A stretch of 64,000 nucleotides of DNA from Planctomycetota bacterium (GTDB lineage Bacteria; Planctomycetota; B15-G4; JADJEK01). The notes under the pieces were generated by a model. That model made no database searches, was not told where the DNA came from, and saw only the letters and a list, made by a program, of their open reading frames with translations. Position numbers and translations under genes: made by a program. Shown here in pieces: positions 8,785 to 17,199 of this stretch. The stretch spans positions 1-64,000 of the forward strand of contig JBGAIQ010000024.1 in NCBI GenBank assembly GCA_044225365.1, given 5' to 3'. The stretch's first letter is position 1. Every line of letters begins with the position of its first letter.

Positions 8785-10599
8785 ATGAGCGCCATTCCCG
8801 ATCGCCTCGAAGCACTGCGCGCCGAAATGCGGGCGCACCGCCTCACGCACTACGTCATTCCGAGTTCGGATGAACATCTGAACGAGTACCTCCCGACGCG
8901 CAACATGCGTCGGGAGTGGGCTTCCGGTTTCTCGGGCTCTGCGGGCGATCTCCTCGTGGGTTGTGCACCGGAGGAAACGTTCCTCTTCACCGATGGACGC
9001 TATCACCTGCAGGCCGAGCGACAGCTCGCGGGAAGCAGCATCACGCTTCAGAGGCTCGGGACCCTGAGTGCGAAGCCCCTCTCGCGCGTCCTCACGGAAT
9101 TCGCCGAGCGCTACAAAGCAGATCTGCGAGTCGGTGTCGATCCGTTCGTCATCTCGATGACGCAAGGGCGCGCGCTCGAAAAGGCCTGCGCCCGCGGCGG
9201 CGCCGCGCTCGTTCGTGTCGACGCGAATCTGGTGGATCGCTTGTGGACCCATCGGCCCTCCGAGCCTTCCTCCCCGCTTCTCTCCTTGCCCCTCGATCTC
9301 GTCGGTGCATCGATCGACGAGAAACTAAACGCCGTACGCAGTGCCCTGCGCGAGGAAGGCGCGGATTCGACGATCGTCGTCAAGCTCGATCAAATCGCGT
9401 GGCTGCTCAATCTGCGAGCACTCGAAGACGTGCCGTACAACCCGGTCTTCCTGGCGTATCTCATCGTCTCGGAGAAGTCCGTCGACCTGTTCGTCCATGC
9501 TCCCGACGCCCGACTGCGCGAGACGAATCTCGCCGCGATGCAGGGTCTCACGATCCACGAGTACTCGGAATTCCGCTCGTTCGTCGCGCGACTCCCGCCC
9601 TCGAAGCTGCTCTTCGATCCCGATCGCGCCACGCTCGGCGTGTGGGACAAGGCGACCACGGGCCACAGTATCGTCGAGGGTGTGAGTCCTCTCGAGCGCT
9701 TGAAGGCGCGGAAGAACGAGAGCGAAGTCGCCGCCATGAAGCGCGCGAACCTGCTCGCTTCGGTCGCGAAGACGCGTGCGGTGCTCTGGCTGCGCAAAGT
9801 GACCGACGCAGGCGAATTCGTCACCGAAGCGATATTCCGCGATCACATCGAAGCACGCTATCGCGAGCTCGATGGGTATCAGGCTCTGTCGTTCCACACG
9901 ATCTCCGCCGCGGGGGATCACGGCGCGCTCCCTCATTACTCCGACGCCGATGCGACGCCGATTCGCGCGGGCGAGCTCCTCGTCATCGATTCCGGTATCC
10001 AGGCGAGAGGCGGAACGACGGACGATACTCGAACGCTGGGGATCGGAACTCCTACGGTCGAGCAGAAGCGATTCTTCACGCTCGTCCTGCGCGCTCACAT
10101 CCGCGGAGCTCAGGCCGTCTTCCCGGAAGGTACGACGGGCGTCGCGATCGATGCGCTCGTTCGCTCGCCGCTGTGGGCCGAGGGATTGAACTACGATCAC
10201 GGAACCGGACACGGCGTGGGAGCCTTCCTCAACGTCCACGAGGGCCCTTTCCAGATCGGCGACGCGAATCGCCGTCCGTCGTCGGTCCATCCGCTCGAGC
10301 TCGGAATGGTCACTTCGATCGAGCCGGGTTACTACGCGCTCGGCTTCGGCGGCGTGCGTCACGAGAACCTCTACGTCGTCGTCCTTCATCACGTCGAGCC
10401 GACTGGAAGGCGATGGTTCGCTTTCGAGTCGTTGACGTATATTCCATTCGATTGCCGTTTCATCGACTTTGCCGCTTTCGAAGCCCCGGAACGAAAGTGG
10501 CTCGACGAATATCATGCCGCTTGCCGTGAGCGCCTCGCGACCTTCCTCGGATCCGACGAGGCCCGCGCACTCGATCGCTATCTCCAAGTGGGACCGTGA
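8785..10599 (+). CDS. Aminopeptidase P (M24B, long creatinase-N type)
   Basis: SDEHLNEY, SGFSGSAG, TDGRY, IDSG...GTTDDTRT, HGTGHGVG..LNVHEGP, SIEPGYY, GVRHEN. Confidence 0.93.
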   Translation: MSAIPDRLEALRAEMRAHRLTHYVIPSSDEHLNEYLPTRNMRREWASGFSGSAGDLLVGCAPEETFLFTDGRYHLQAERQLAGSSITLQRLGTLSAKPLSRVLTEFAERYKADLRVGVDPFVISMTQGRALEKACARGGAALVRVDANLVDRLWTHRPSEPSSPLLSLPLDLVGASIDEKLNAVRSALREEGADSTIVVKLDQIAWLLNLRALEDVPYNPVFLAYLIVSEKSVDLFVHAPDARLRETNLAAMQGLTIHEYSEFRSFVARLPPSKLLFDPDRATLGVWDKATTGHSIVEGVSPLERLKARKNESEVAAMKRANLLASVAKTRAVLWLRKVTDAGEFVTEAIFRDHIEARYRELDGYQALSFHTISAAGDHGALPHYSDADATPIRAGELLVIDSGIQARGGTTDDTRTLGIGTPTVEQKRFFTLVLRAHIRGAQAVFPEGTTGVAIDALVRSPLWAEGLNYDHGTGHGVGAFLNVHEGPFQIGDANRRPSSVHPLELGMVTSIEPGYYALGFGGVRHENLYVVVLHHVEPTGRRWFAFESLTYIPFDCRFIDFAAFEAPERKWLDEYHAACRERLATFLGSDEARALDRYLQVGP

Positions 10600-10605
10600 C
10601 CGCCC

Positions 10606-11037
10606 GTGGTTCAGTGCAATCACGTCGCCTTTCGAGTGCATGACATCGAGCGATCGATCCGCTTCTACGAGGAGCTGTTGCCGGGTCGCGTCGTGCGGCG
10701 CAAAGAGGGGAAGGACTTCCACCGCACGAGGATCGCGTACATCCAGCCCGAAGGTCAACCGGGCTTCGCGATCGTGCTGATCCAACCGACGCGTGTGCGG
10801 TTCATCCTCGCGATCGCCCATCGCCTCGTTCCTCGGCAGTTCCGTAGCAGCGAGCACATGGGATTCGAGTGTCCCTCGCGCGAGTACGTCGACGAACGAT
10901 TCCGACTCGCGAAGGAGCGCGGCGCTCGCATCATGAACGCACCGACGTACGTCGACGACAACGTCGGGTACATCTGCGAGGTCCTCGATCCCGACGGCAA
11001 CGCCGTCGAATGGACTTTCGGAAAGCGGGTCGACTGA
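10606..11037 (+). CDS. VOC/glyoxalase family protein
   Basis: HVAFRVHDIERSIRFY, HMGF, DPDGNAVE. Confidence 0.88.
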   Translation: MVQCNHVAFRVHDIERSIRFYEELLPGRVVRRKEGKDFHRTRIAYIQPEGQPGFAIVLIQPTRVRFILAIAHRLVPRQFRSSEHMGFECPSREYVDERFRLAKERGARIMNAPTYVDDNVGYICEVLDPDGNAVEWTFGKRVD

Positions 11038-11053
11038 CGTGTTCGACGGACTG

Positions 11054-11860
11054 ATGCACATGTTGTCGTCGTTCTTCGGAGTGGCGCGCCAATCGTTTCT
11101 CGTCATGCTCACGAACCGACTGCGCTTCTACACGGGCGTCGTGACGTATCTCATCTACGTGATCGTCTACGCCGCGATCTGGAAGGCGGTCTATCAGTCG
11201 CCGCGTTCACAGGCCTCGCTGACCGAGTTCCCGACGTATCAAGCGCTGTTCAGTTACGTCGCGATCGGGTGGCTCGCGAGATCGTTCCTCTTCAACAACA
11301 TCGATCGCGATCTCGCGGATCTCATCGCGAGCGGAGAGGTGATCTCACGCTGCATGCGGCCCGTTTCGCTGCATTTGCAGATGATCGCGACCGCCGTGGG
11401 CGAGAGTCTGTTTCGACTCGTTTGCTTCTCGCCGATCATCGGCTTCTGTCTCTACGCGTTCTTCGGAGTCTCGCCGCCTGCCAACGGCATGGCCGTCCTC
11501 GGTTTCGTCGCGAGCCTCACGCTCGCCGTCTTCATCTTCGCCGAGACGAACTATCTGGTTGGACTCATCGCATTCCGCACGGAATCGGTCCAGGGCATCA
11601 TTCGGGCGAAGATGTTCCTCGTCGAGATCCTGTCGGGACTGCTCGTGCCCCTCAGCTACTTCCCGGGATGGCTGCGATCGATCGCGGTATGGACGCCATT
11701 CCCCACCATGACTTCGATCCCGAATCGGATCTACATCGGCCACGTGAAAGGACTCGAGATCCTTGAAGTGCTAGTCGTCCCGTTCGCCTGGTGCGTGGTG
11801 CTCGCGATCATCTCCGCGACGTCGACCAAGGTGCTCACCAAACACCTGAACGTGGCATGA
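11054..11860 (+). CDS. ABC-2 family (DUF990-type) exporter permease
   Basis: Six hydrophobic segments, SGEV...RPVS, LSGLLVPLSYFPGWL..IA.WTPF. Confidence 0.82.
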   Translation: MHMLSSFFGVARQSFLVMLTNRLRFYTGVVTYLIYVIVYAAIWKAVYQSPRSQASLTEFPTYQALFSYVAIGWLARSFLFNNIDRDLADLIASGEVISRCMRPVSLHLQMIATAVGESLFRLVCFSPIIGFCLYAFFGVSPPANGMAVLGFVASLTLAVFIFAETNYLVGLIAFRTESVQGIIRAKMFLVEILSGLLVPLSYFPGWLRSIAVWTPFPTMTSIPNRIYIGHVKGLEILEVLVVPFAWCVVLAIISATSTKVLTKHLNVA

Positions 11861-12657
11861 GCGGGCCGATGCGCAGCATTTCGATCGCGTTCGTCTACTT
11901 CTCCCAGTTCATGAAGATGCGACTCTCGCATCGTGCAGACCTCATCGCGGATCTCTTCGCGACCGCGCTGTCCTCGCTCTTCGCGTTCTCGTTCGTGCTC
12001 CTGCTCTTCGTTCCGATCGATTCGATCGCGGGTTGGAAACGAGACGAGATCATCTTCATCTACGGCTTCTCGCTCGTGCCGTACGGACTCTTCGCGATGG
12101 TGTCGTGGAATCTCTACGACTTCGGCTCGCGCTTCATCGTCGACGCGGCGTTCGATCGGGTGCTGTTGCGACCCGTGAATTCCTTCCTGCAGGTGATCTG
12201 CGAGTCATTTCGAATCCAGGCGCTCGCCGAGGCCGCGCTCGGGATCGTCGTAATGATCCACGCTGCACACGAACTCCGGCTCGAGTTCTCCTTCTTCGAT
12301 CTCGTCTGGATCGGCTTCTCGTTCCTCTGCGGCACCGTGATCTTCATCGCGGTGTTCGGAGCGCTCTGCGCGATTTCGTTCTTTGCCGAGGATCGCGTCG
12401 GGATCGCCCCGCCGGTGTTCAACCTGATCAACCCGGCGCGCTACCCGCCGGATCTATTCGACCCCGCGATCCGATTCATGCTCCGCTTCGTGATCCCGTT
12501 CCACTTCGTCGCGTTCTATCCCGCGACGCTGGTGTTGCGACGAGGCGAATTCGTCGAGATGTGTCGGTGGACTCCGCTCGCCGCTCTCGCGTGCGTCGGC
12601 GTCCTCGCCGTCGTGTGGCGAATCGGTGTTCGAAACTACTCGAGTACGGGTTCCTGA
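11857..12657 (+). CDS. ABC-2 family (DUF990-type) exporter permease
   Basis: ATGA overlap with the previous gene; IAGW, FDRVLLRPVN, ARYP, C-terminal YSSTGS. Confidence 0.85.
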   Translation: MSGPMRSISIAFVYFSQFMKMRLSHRADLIADLFATALSSLFAFSFVLLLFVPIDSIAGWKRDEIIFIYGFSLVPYGLFAMVSWNLYDFGSRFIVDAAFDRVLLRPVNSFLQVICESFRIQALAEAALGIVVMIHAAHELRLEFSFFDLVWIGFSFLCGTVIFIAVFGALCAISFFAEDRVGIAPPVFNLINPARYPPDLFDPAIRFMLRFVIPFHFVAFYPATLVLRRGEFVEMCRWTPLAALACVGVLAVVWRIGVRNYSSTGS

Positions 12658-12664
12658 GAGCGGA

Positions 12665-12922
12665 TCAACCCGCTTCGGTCTTCTCGCTCTCGGACTTCGG
12701 CTGGAGGCGTTCGCGCTTGACGAGCAGGTACTCGTACATCGTGTTGGTCGGCGCGTAGCGCAAGAACCCCTTCGCGCACTCCGGGCACTGCCATTCGAGC
12801 AGGGCGCTCATGTTGACGTTGTAGTGGATCAACATGTTGTTGTTCTGGTTCACGAAGATCTCGAACTGACACTCCCGGTTGTCGCAACGGAACTTCAACA
12901 ACGCCAGGTTCGTGCTCTTCAT
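12665..12922 (-). CDS. Small hypothetical protein, probable Zn ribbon
   Basis: GAAGGA SD, genome-like codon use, CDNREC and CPEC motifs. Confidence 0.7.
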   Translation of the reverse strand: MKSTNLALLKFRCDNRECQFEIFVNQNNNMLIHYNVNMSALLEWQCPECAKGFLRYAPTNTMYEYLLVKRERLQPKSESEKTEAG

Positions 12923-13064
12923 CCGAGATTCCTTCAGAGTGCAGCAGGATCCGATTCCCTCTTATCGGCCAGTAATGCCGAGCGGGAACCCAGGAATTCA
13001 GCCAGGTCGCCGCCCGGATGGATCCTCGAGGAAGCCAAGATTGAATCCCATTCCGCCCAAGCTG

Positions 13065-13119
13065 TCAAAGCCTTTTGCGTTCGAGCCCCATCAAGGCTTT
13101 GAAATATAATGGGTTATAT
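13065..13119. promoter_or_regulatory. Inverted repeat TCAAAGCCTT-N18-AAGGCTTTGA with adjacent AT-rich IHF-like motifs, overlapping a minus-strand TTGACA
   Basis: Perfect 10-bp arms at 13065-13074 and 13093-13102; ATATAA-TGGG-TTATAT at 13104-13119; TGTCAA at 13063-13068. Confidence 0.4.
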
Positions 13120-14579
13120 CAGCCAGAGCAGGAGTGTTCGCGAATTCGATCGGTCTCGATGGCGTCGAGCATCGCCGGGGTGACGTCGCCCGTCGGATAG
13201 TTCCCCGAGAAGCAGGCGTTGCAGAAGCCCGTGACCTCCGGGTTGCCCTCGCGGGTCGCTTCTTCGAGGTCGTCCAGGGTCTGATAGAAGACGAAGTCCG
13301 CCCCGATCAGCTTCGCGATCTCCTCGTCCGACCGGTTCTTGGCGATGAACTCCCGTCGCGTCGACATGTCGATCCCGTAGACGCACGGGTAGCGGAGGTG
13401 CGGCGAATACGACGCGAAGTACACCTTCCGCGCGCCGGACATCCGCGCGAGCTGCACGATCTGCCGCGAGGTGTTCCCGCGGACAATCGAATCGTCGACG
13501 AGCAGGACGTCGTTGTCCTTGAACTCGATCTGGATCGGGTTGAGCTTCGCGCGAATCGACGTCTTGCGGACCTTGTCGTTCGCCATGATGAAGGTGCGAC
13601 CGATGTAGCGGTTCTTCACGAACCCCTCGCGGTACTTCACCCCGAGTTCCCGCGCCATCGCCATCGCCGCCGTCGTCGCCGACTCCGGGATGGGAATGAT
13701 GACGTCGGGGACGATGCCGGTCTTGCGCCACGCCTCGGCGAGTTTCTGACCCGCGCGCAGACGCGTCTTGTGAACCGAGATCTTGTCGAGGAACGAGTCC
13801 GGCCGTGCGAAGTAGACGTATTCGAAGAGACAGGGACGATGCGGCTTCGTCACGAGTTGACGACGCGTCATCGTTCCAGCCATGTCGATGAAGACCGCTT
13901 CGCCCGCGGCGACATTGGTCATTCGGTGATAGTCGAGGAGATCGAGAACCACGCTCTCCGACGCCGTGCAGTACGATTTTCCGGAGTTCTCCGTGCGCTC
14001 GCCGATGAGGATCGGCTTGATCCCGAAGGGATCCCGGAACGCGAACATCCCGCGTCCCGCGATGATGCCGACGACCGAATAGGCGCCCTTCAGGCGGGAC
14101 AGCGTCGCCTTCACTGCTTCGAAGAACTGGTCGAGATCGAACTCGTCCGGGATGCGGCGGACGATCTCCTCGGCGAGCACGTTCAAGATGATCTCGGCGT
14201 CGCACGTCGAACTGATGAGACGACGACCGCCATCTTCGAGGTACTCGCGGAGCTCGAAGTAATTCGTGAGGTTTCCGTTGTGAGCAAGGGCAATCCCGTA
14301 GGGATGGCTCAAGACGAAGGGCTGCGCGTTCTCGGGGCCGCCGCCGCCCGTCGTCGGATACCGGACATGGCCGATCCCGATCTTGCCACGCAGGAGCTCC
14401 GCAGTCTGCTGCGAGAAGACCTCGCGAACGAGTCCCGCACCTTTCCAGGCGTGGAAGCCGCGGTCATACGTAACGATTCCGGCGGAGTCCTGACCCCGAT
14501 GTTGGATCGCGACGAGCCCATCGAAGAGATCTTGGAAGACCGAGCTGTCGGGCCGAAGGATGCCAATGAATCCACACAT
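13119..14579 (-). CDS. purF: Amidophosphoribosyltransferase
   Basis: N-terminal MCG, QHRGQDSAG, GHVRYPT, LAHNGNL, FEYVYFARPDS, VDDSIVRGNT, YGIDM. Confidence 0.97.
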   Translation of the reverse strand: MCGFIGILRPDSSVFQDLFDGLVAIQHRGQDSAGIVTYDRGFHAWKGAGLVREVFSQQTAELLRGKIGIGHVRYPTTGGGGPENAQPFVLSHPYGIALAHNGNLTNYFELREYLEDGGRRLISSTCDAEIILNVLAEEIVRRIPDEFDLDQFFEAVKATLSRLKGAYSVVGIIAGRGMFAFRDPFGIKPILIGERTENSGKSYCTASESVVLDLLDYHRMTNVAAGEAVFIDMAGTMTRRQLVTKPHRPCLFEYVYFARPDSFLDKISVHKTRLRAGQKLAEAWRKTGIVPDVIIPIPESATTAAMAMARELGVKYREGFVKNRYIGRTFIMANDKVRKTSIRAKLNPIQIEFKDNDVLLVDDSIVRGNTSRQIVQLARMSGARKVYFASYSPHLRYPCVYGIDMSTRREFIAKNRSDEEIAKLIGADFVFYQTLDDLEEATREGNPEVTGFCNACFSGNYPTGDVTPAMLDAIETDRIREHSCSG

Positions 14580-14725
14580 TCGCGCGGCGTCTCGTTTCGT
14601 TCGGGTTCGTTCGTCGTGTGTAAGGAACCAACTGGAGGATAGCCGAGGCGAGGAGTCGCGCCCTACTCCTTTTTCGAACCCGGCAGCTACCCGAATCCAG
14701 ATCCGATACGCGGGTCAACTCCGCT

Positions 14726-15199
14726 TCAACAGAACTCGATCCTCTCGTCCGTGACGGCCCGCTCGCAGAAGAAGCACCGCAGTCGAAGAGGCTTGCGATC
14801 GAGGACTTGGAAGCGGCTCTTCACGTTCTCTTGATTGCTGACACAAGATGGATTCGAGCAGCGGACCAGTCCTTCGAGCTCGCTCGAGAGTTCGGGTTCG
14901 AACTTCGCGACGACGCGGAAGTCGCGAATGATCGAAAGCGTCGCCTCGGGCGACAGGAGTGCGATCTTGTTGACCTCCGCCTTGGTGAGCTCGCGATTCT
15001 CGATCTTGATGAGGTCTTTCGCGCCAAGCTTGCCCGAGTCGAGGTTCAGGCCGATCGCGATCGTTCCTGCCGTCTCGAGTCCCAGCGCGCTGAGGACCCG
15101 CAGACCCGTGCCCTTTCGCAAGTGGTCGATCACCGTGCCCTGCCGAAGAGCCGCGACCCGGATCGTGCGTTCGTCGGTAGCCGAGGTCTCGTTCGTCAT
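14726..15199 (-). CDS. pyrI: Aspartate carbamoyltransferase regulatory chain
   Basis: GTVIDH, KDLIKIE, CSNPSCVS and CFFCE Zn ligands; ATG at 15199 overlaps the pyrB stop. Confidence 0.95.
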   Translation of the reverse strand: MTNETSATDERTIRVAALRQGTVIDHLRKGTGLRVLSALGLETAGTIAIGLNLDSGKLGAKDLIKIENRELTKAEVNKIALLSPEATLSIIRDFRVVAKFEPELSSELEGLVRCSNPSCVSNQENVKSRFQVLDRKPLRLRCFFCERAVTDERIEFC

Positions 15200-16137
15200 G
15201 GCGCTGCCACTCCGAGAAGGATCGACAGAAGCGCTTTCCTCACCGTCACGCCGTTGCGGACCTGCTTGAAGTAGGCCGCTCCGGGGTAGTCGTCGAGGTC
15301 GGTCGCGATCTCGTTGACCCGGGGGAGCGGGTGCATGACCGTCACGGTGCGCGAGTAGATGTCGAGCGATTTGCGATCGATGCGGTATGCCGATTTCACG
15401 CCTTCGTACTCGAGCGGGTCCGGGAAGCGTTCTTTCTGGATGCGCGTGGTGTAGAGGATGTCGACATCCTCCGGCAGGATCGACGGGTTGAACTCTTCGC
15501 GACACTTCACGCCAAGACGCGCCATGTCGTCGAGGATGTCACCGGGTAGACGCAGCGACGGAGGCGAGATCAGCACGAGTTCGCAACCGAATCGAGCGAG
15601 GGTTTCGATGAGCGAATGCACCGTGCGGCTGTAACGCAAATCGCCGAGGAACGCGACTCGCAGGCCGTCGATGCGTCCGTGGATGCTCTGGATCGTGTAG
15701 AGATCGAGAAGCGTTTGCGTCGGATGTTGATTCGAACCATCCCCGCCGTTGATGACGGGCAGGTGCGTCGACTCCGCAGCGAGCCGCGCCGCTCCTTCCA
15801 TCTTGTGTCGGATGACGATGATGTCGCAGTAGTTCTCGACGACGCGGATGGTATCGGCGAGGGACTCACCCTTCGAGACGGACGTGATCTGCGCGTCGGC
15901 GAAGCCAAGGACGGCGCCGCCGAGGCGCGCCATCGCCGAATGGAACGATAGGCGCGTTCTCGTCGACGGCTCGAAGAAGAGATTGGCGAGGATCTTCCCA
16001 CTGAGGATCGGGCGTTCGAGAGCCTCGTAACGCTTCGACTCCTCGAGAATGAACAGGATCTCTTCCTTGGTCAGATCCCGCATGGAGACGATGTCCTTGC
16101 CGTGGAAGGACCTCGCGAGCTGATCTCGTGTCGTCAT
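15196..16137 (-). CDS. pyrB: Aspartate carbamoyltransferase catalytic chain
   Basis: FFEPSTRTRLSF, KGESLADT, HPTQ, MHPLPR. Confidence 0.97.
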   Translation of the reverse strand: MTTRDQLARSFHGKDIVSMRDLTKEEILFILEESKRYEALERPILSGKILANLFFEPSTRTRLSFHSAMARLGGAVLGFADAQITSVSKGESLADTIRVVENYCDIIVIRHKMEGAARLAAESTHLPVINGGDGSNQHPTQTLLDLYTIQSIHGRIDGLRVAFLGDLRYSRTVHSLIETLARFGCELVLISPPSLRLPGDILDDMARLGVKCREEFNPSILPEDVDILYTTRIQKERFPDPLEYEGVKSAYRIDRKSLDIYSRTVTVMHPLPRVNEIATDLDDYPGAAYFKQVRNGVTVRKALLSILLGVAAP

Positions 16138-16147
16138 CCCTCGGAGC

Positions 16148-16831
16148 TTACCAATCCTCTTTCAGGAGTCGGCGTGCTTCGCTCTCGGCGCGTGACATTT
16201 CGTTCTCGAATGCGCGTTGGTACTGCGCGATGTGCTCACGTTCGAGTTCACGCGGCACGACGATCGGCTCGCCCGCCGCTATGGCGATTCGCGAGAAGGG
16301 TTGCGGGATCATGAAGCGATCCCACGACCTGAGCTGCCACGCGCGTTCGGGCACCGCGACGAGCGGCAGGATCGGAAACCCGGATCTGGATGCGAGGAAG
16401 ACGACGCCCTCATGAGCGATCCGGGCGGGACCCTTCGGTCCATCGGGCGTGATACCGATATCCGCGGTCTTCGATTCCGCGAAACGAATGAGTTCGAGCG
16501 CGGCGCGCGCACCGCCCCGCGTGGACGAGCCGCGAGCCACTTCGAACCCTAGACCGAGGAGTATCCTCGCGATGAGTTCGCCGTCACCATGGCGACTGAC
16601 GAGGACGGCCGCTCCTTCTCCACGATGCAAATAGGTGAGCGGCAAGAGGGTGTTGTGCCAAAACGCGACGATGTAACGTCCCTTCGTCCCTTCGAGGCGC
16701 GCTCGATGCGGATGGAGTCCGACGCGACGAAATCGCCATGTTCCGCCCAAGGTCTTGATCAGAAGCGGGCCGAGCAGCGAGATGAGTCCGGGAAGGAAGC
16801 GGTCCCTCAGACGCTTGCGCGGTGCGGTCAA
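16148..16831 (-). CDS. DUF374 / lysophospholipid acyltransferase-family protein
   Basis: AFWH, LVSRHGDGE, RGSSTRGG, ITPDGPKGP, SWDRFMIPQPF. Confidence 0.85.
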   Translation of the reverse strand: MTAPRKRLRDRFLPGLISLLGPLLIKTLGGTWRFRRVGLHPHRARLEGTKGRYIVAFWHNTLLPLTYLHRGEGAAVLVSRHGDGELIARILLGLGFEVARGSSTRGGARAALELIRFAESKTADIGITPDGPKGPARIAHEGVVFLASRSGFPILPLVAVPERAWQLRSWDRFMIPQPFSRIAIAAGEPIVVPRELEREHIAQYQRAFENEMSRAESEARRLLKEDW

Positions 16832-17097
16832 GCCTTCTTTCCCACCGTGCGTTCGAAGTCCTTGATCGCAAGATAGGTCAGGATGAAACCGACGGCGGTC
16901 AACAAGAGCGGCATCCAGACATCGAGCAAGAGGCGGTAGATGCTGCCGAGGGCGAGCGCGAGCCCGATGATCACGAAAGCGCGTTGATTGAGCGAACCGC
17001 CGAACATGACCGCGAGCAGCCGGGCGAAGATCCCACGCTTCAGCGCGTTCTTGAAGTCCTCGAGTTTGCCGAGAATCGAGATCATGTCTGCCGTCAC
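16828..17097 (-). CDS. Small membrane protein
   Basis: Two to three hydrophobic segments; stop overlaps the next start codon. Confidence 0.6.
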   Translation of the reverse strand: MTADMISILGKLEDFKNALKRGIFARLLAVMFGGSLNQRAFVIIGLALALGSIYRLLLDVWMPLLLTAVGFILTYLAIKDFERTVGKKA

Positions 17098-17199
17098 GTT
17101 TCTTGCGAGCGGTAGGTCATTACAGCGACGCGAGGGCGCTCGAGCAATCGAGCACCCTCGGTCGATCTACATCATCCTACGCGGCGAGACGGCGAGGAT

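Noticed and set aside
14580-14725. Possible purine/PRPP riboswitch upstream of purF
   Set aside because: Only a short AGGAGT/ACTCCT hairpin and CGAA repeats; no riboswitch consensus recognised.
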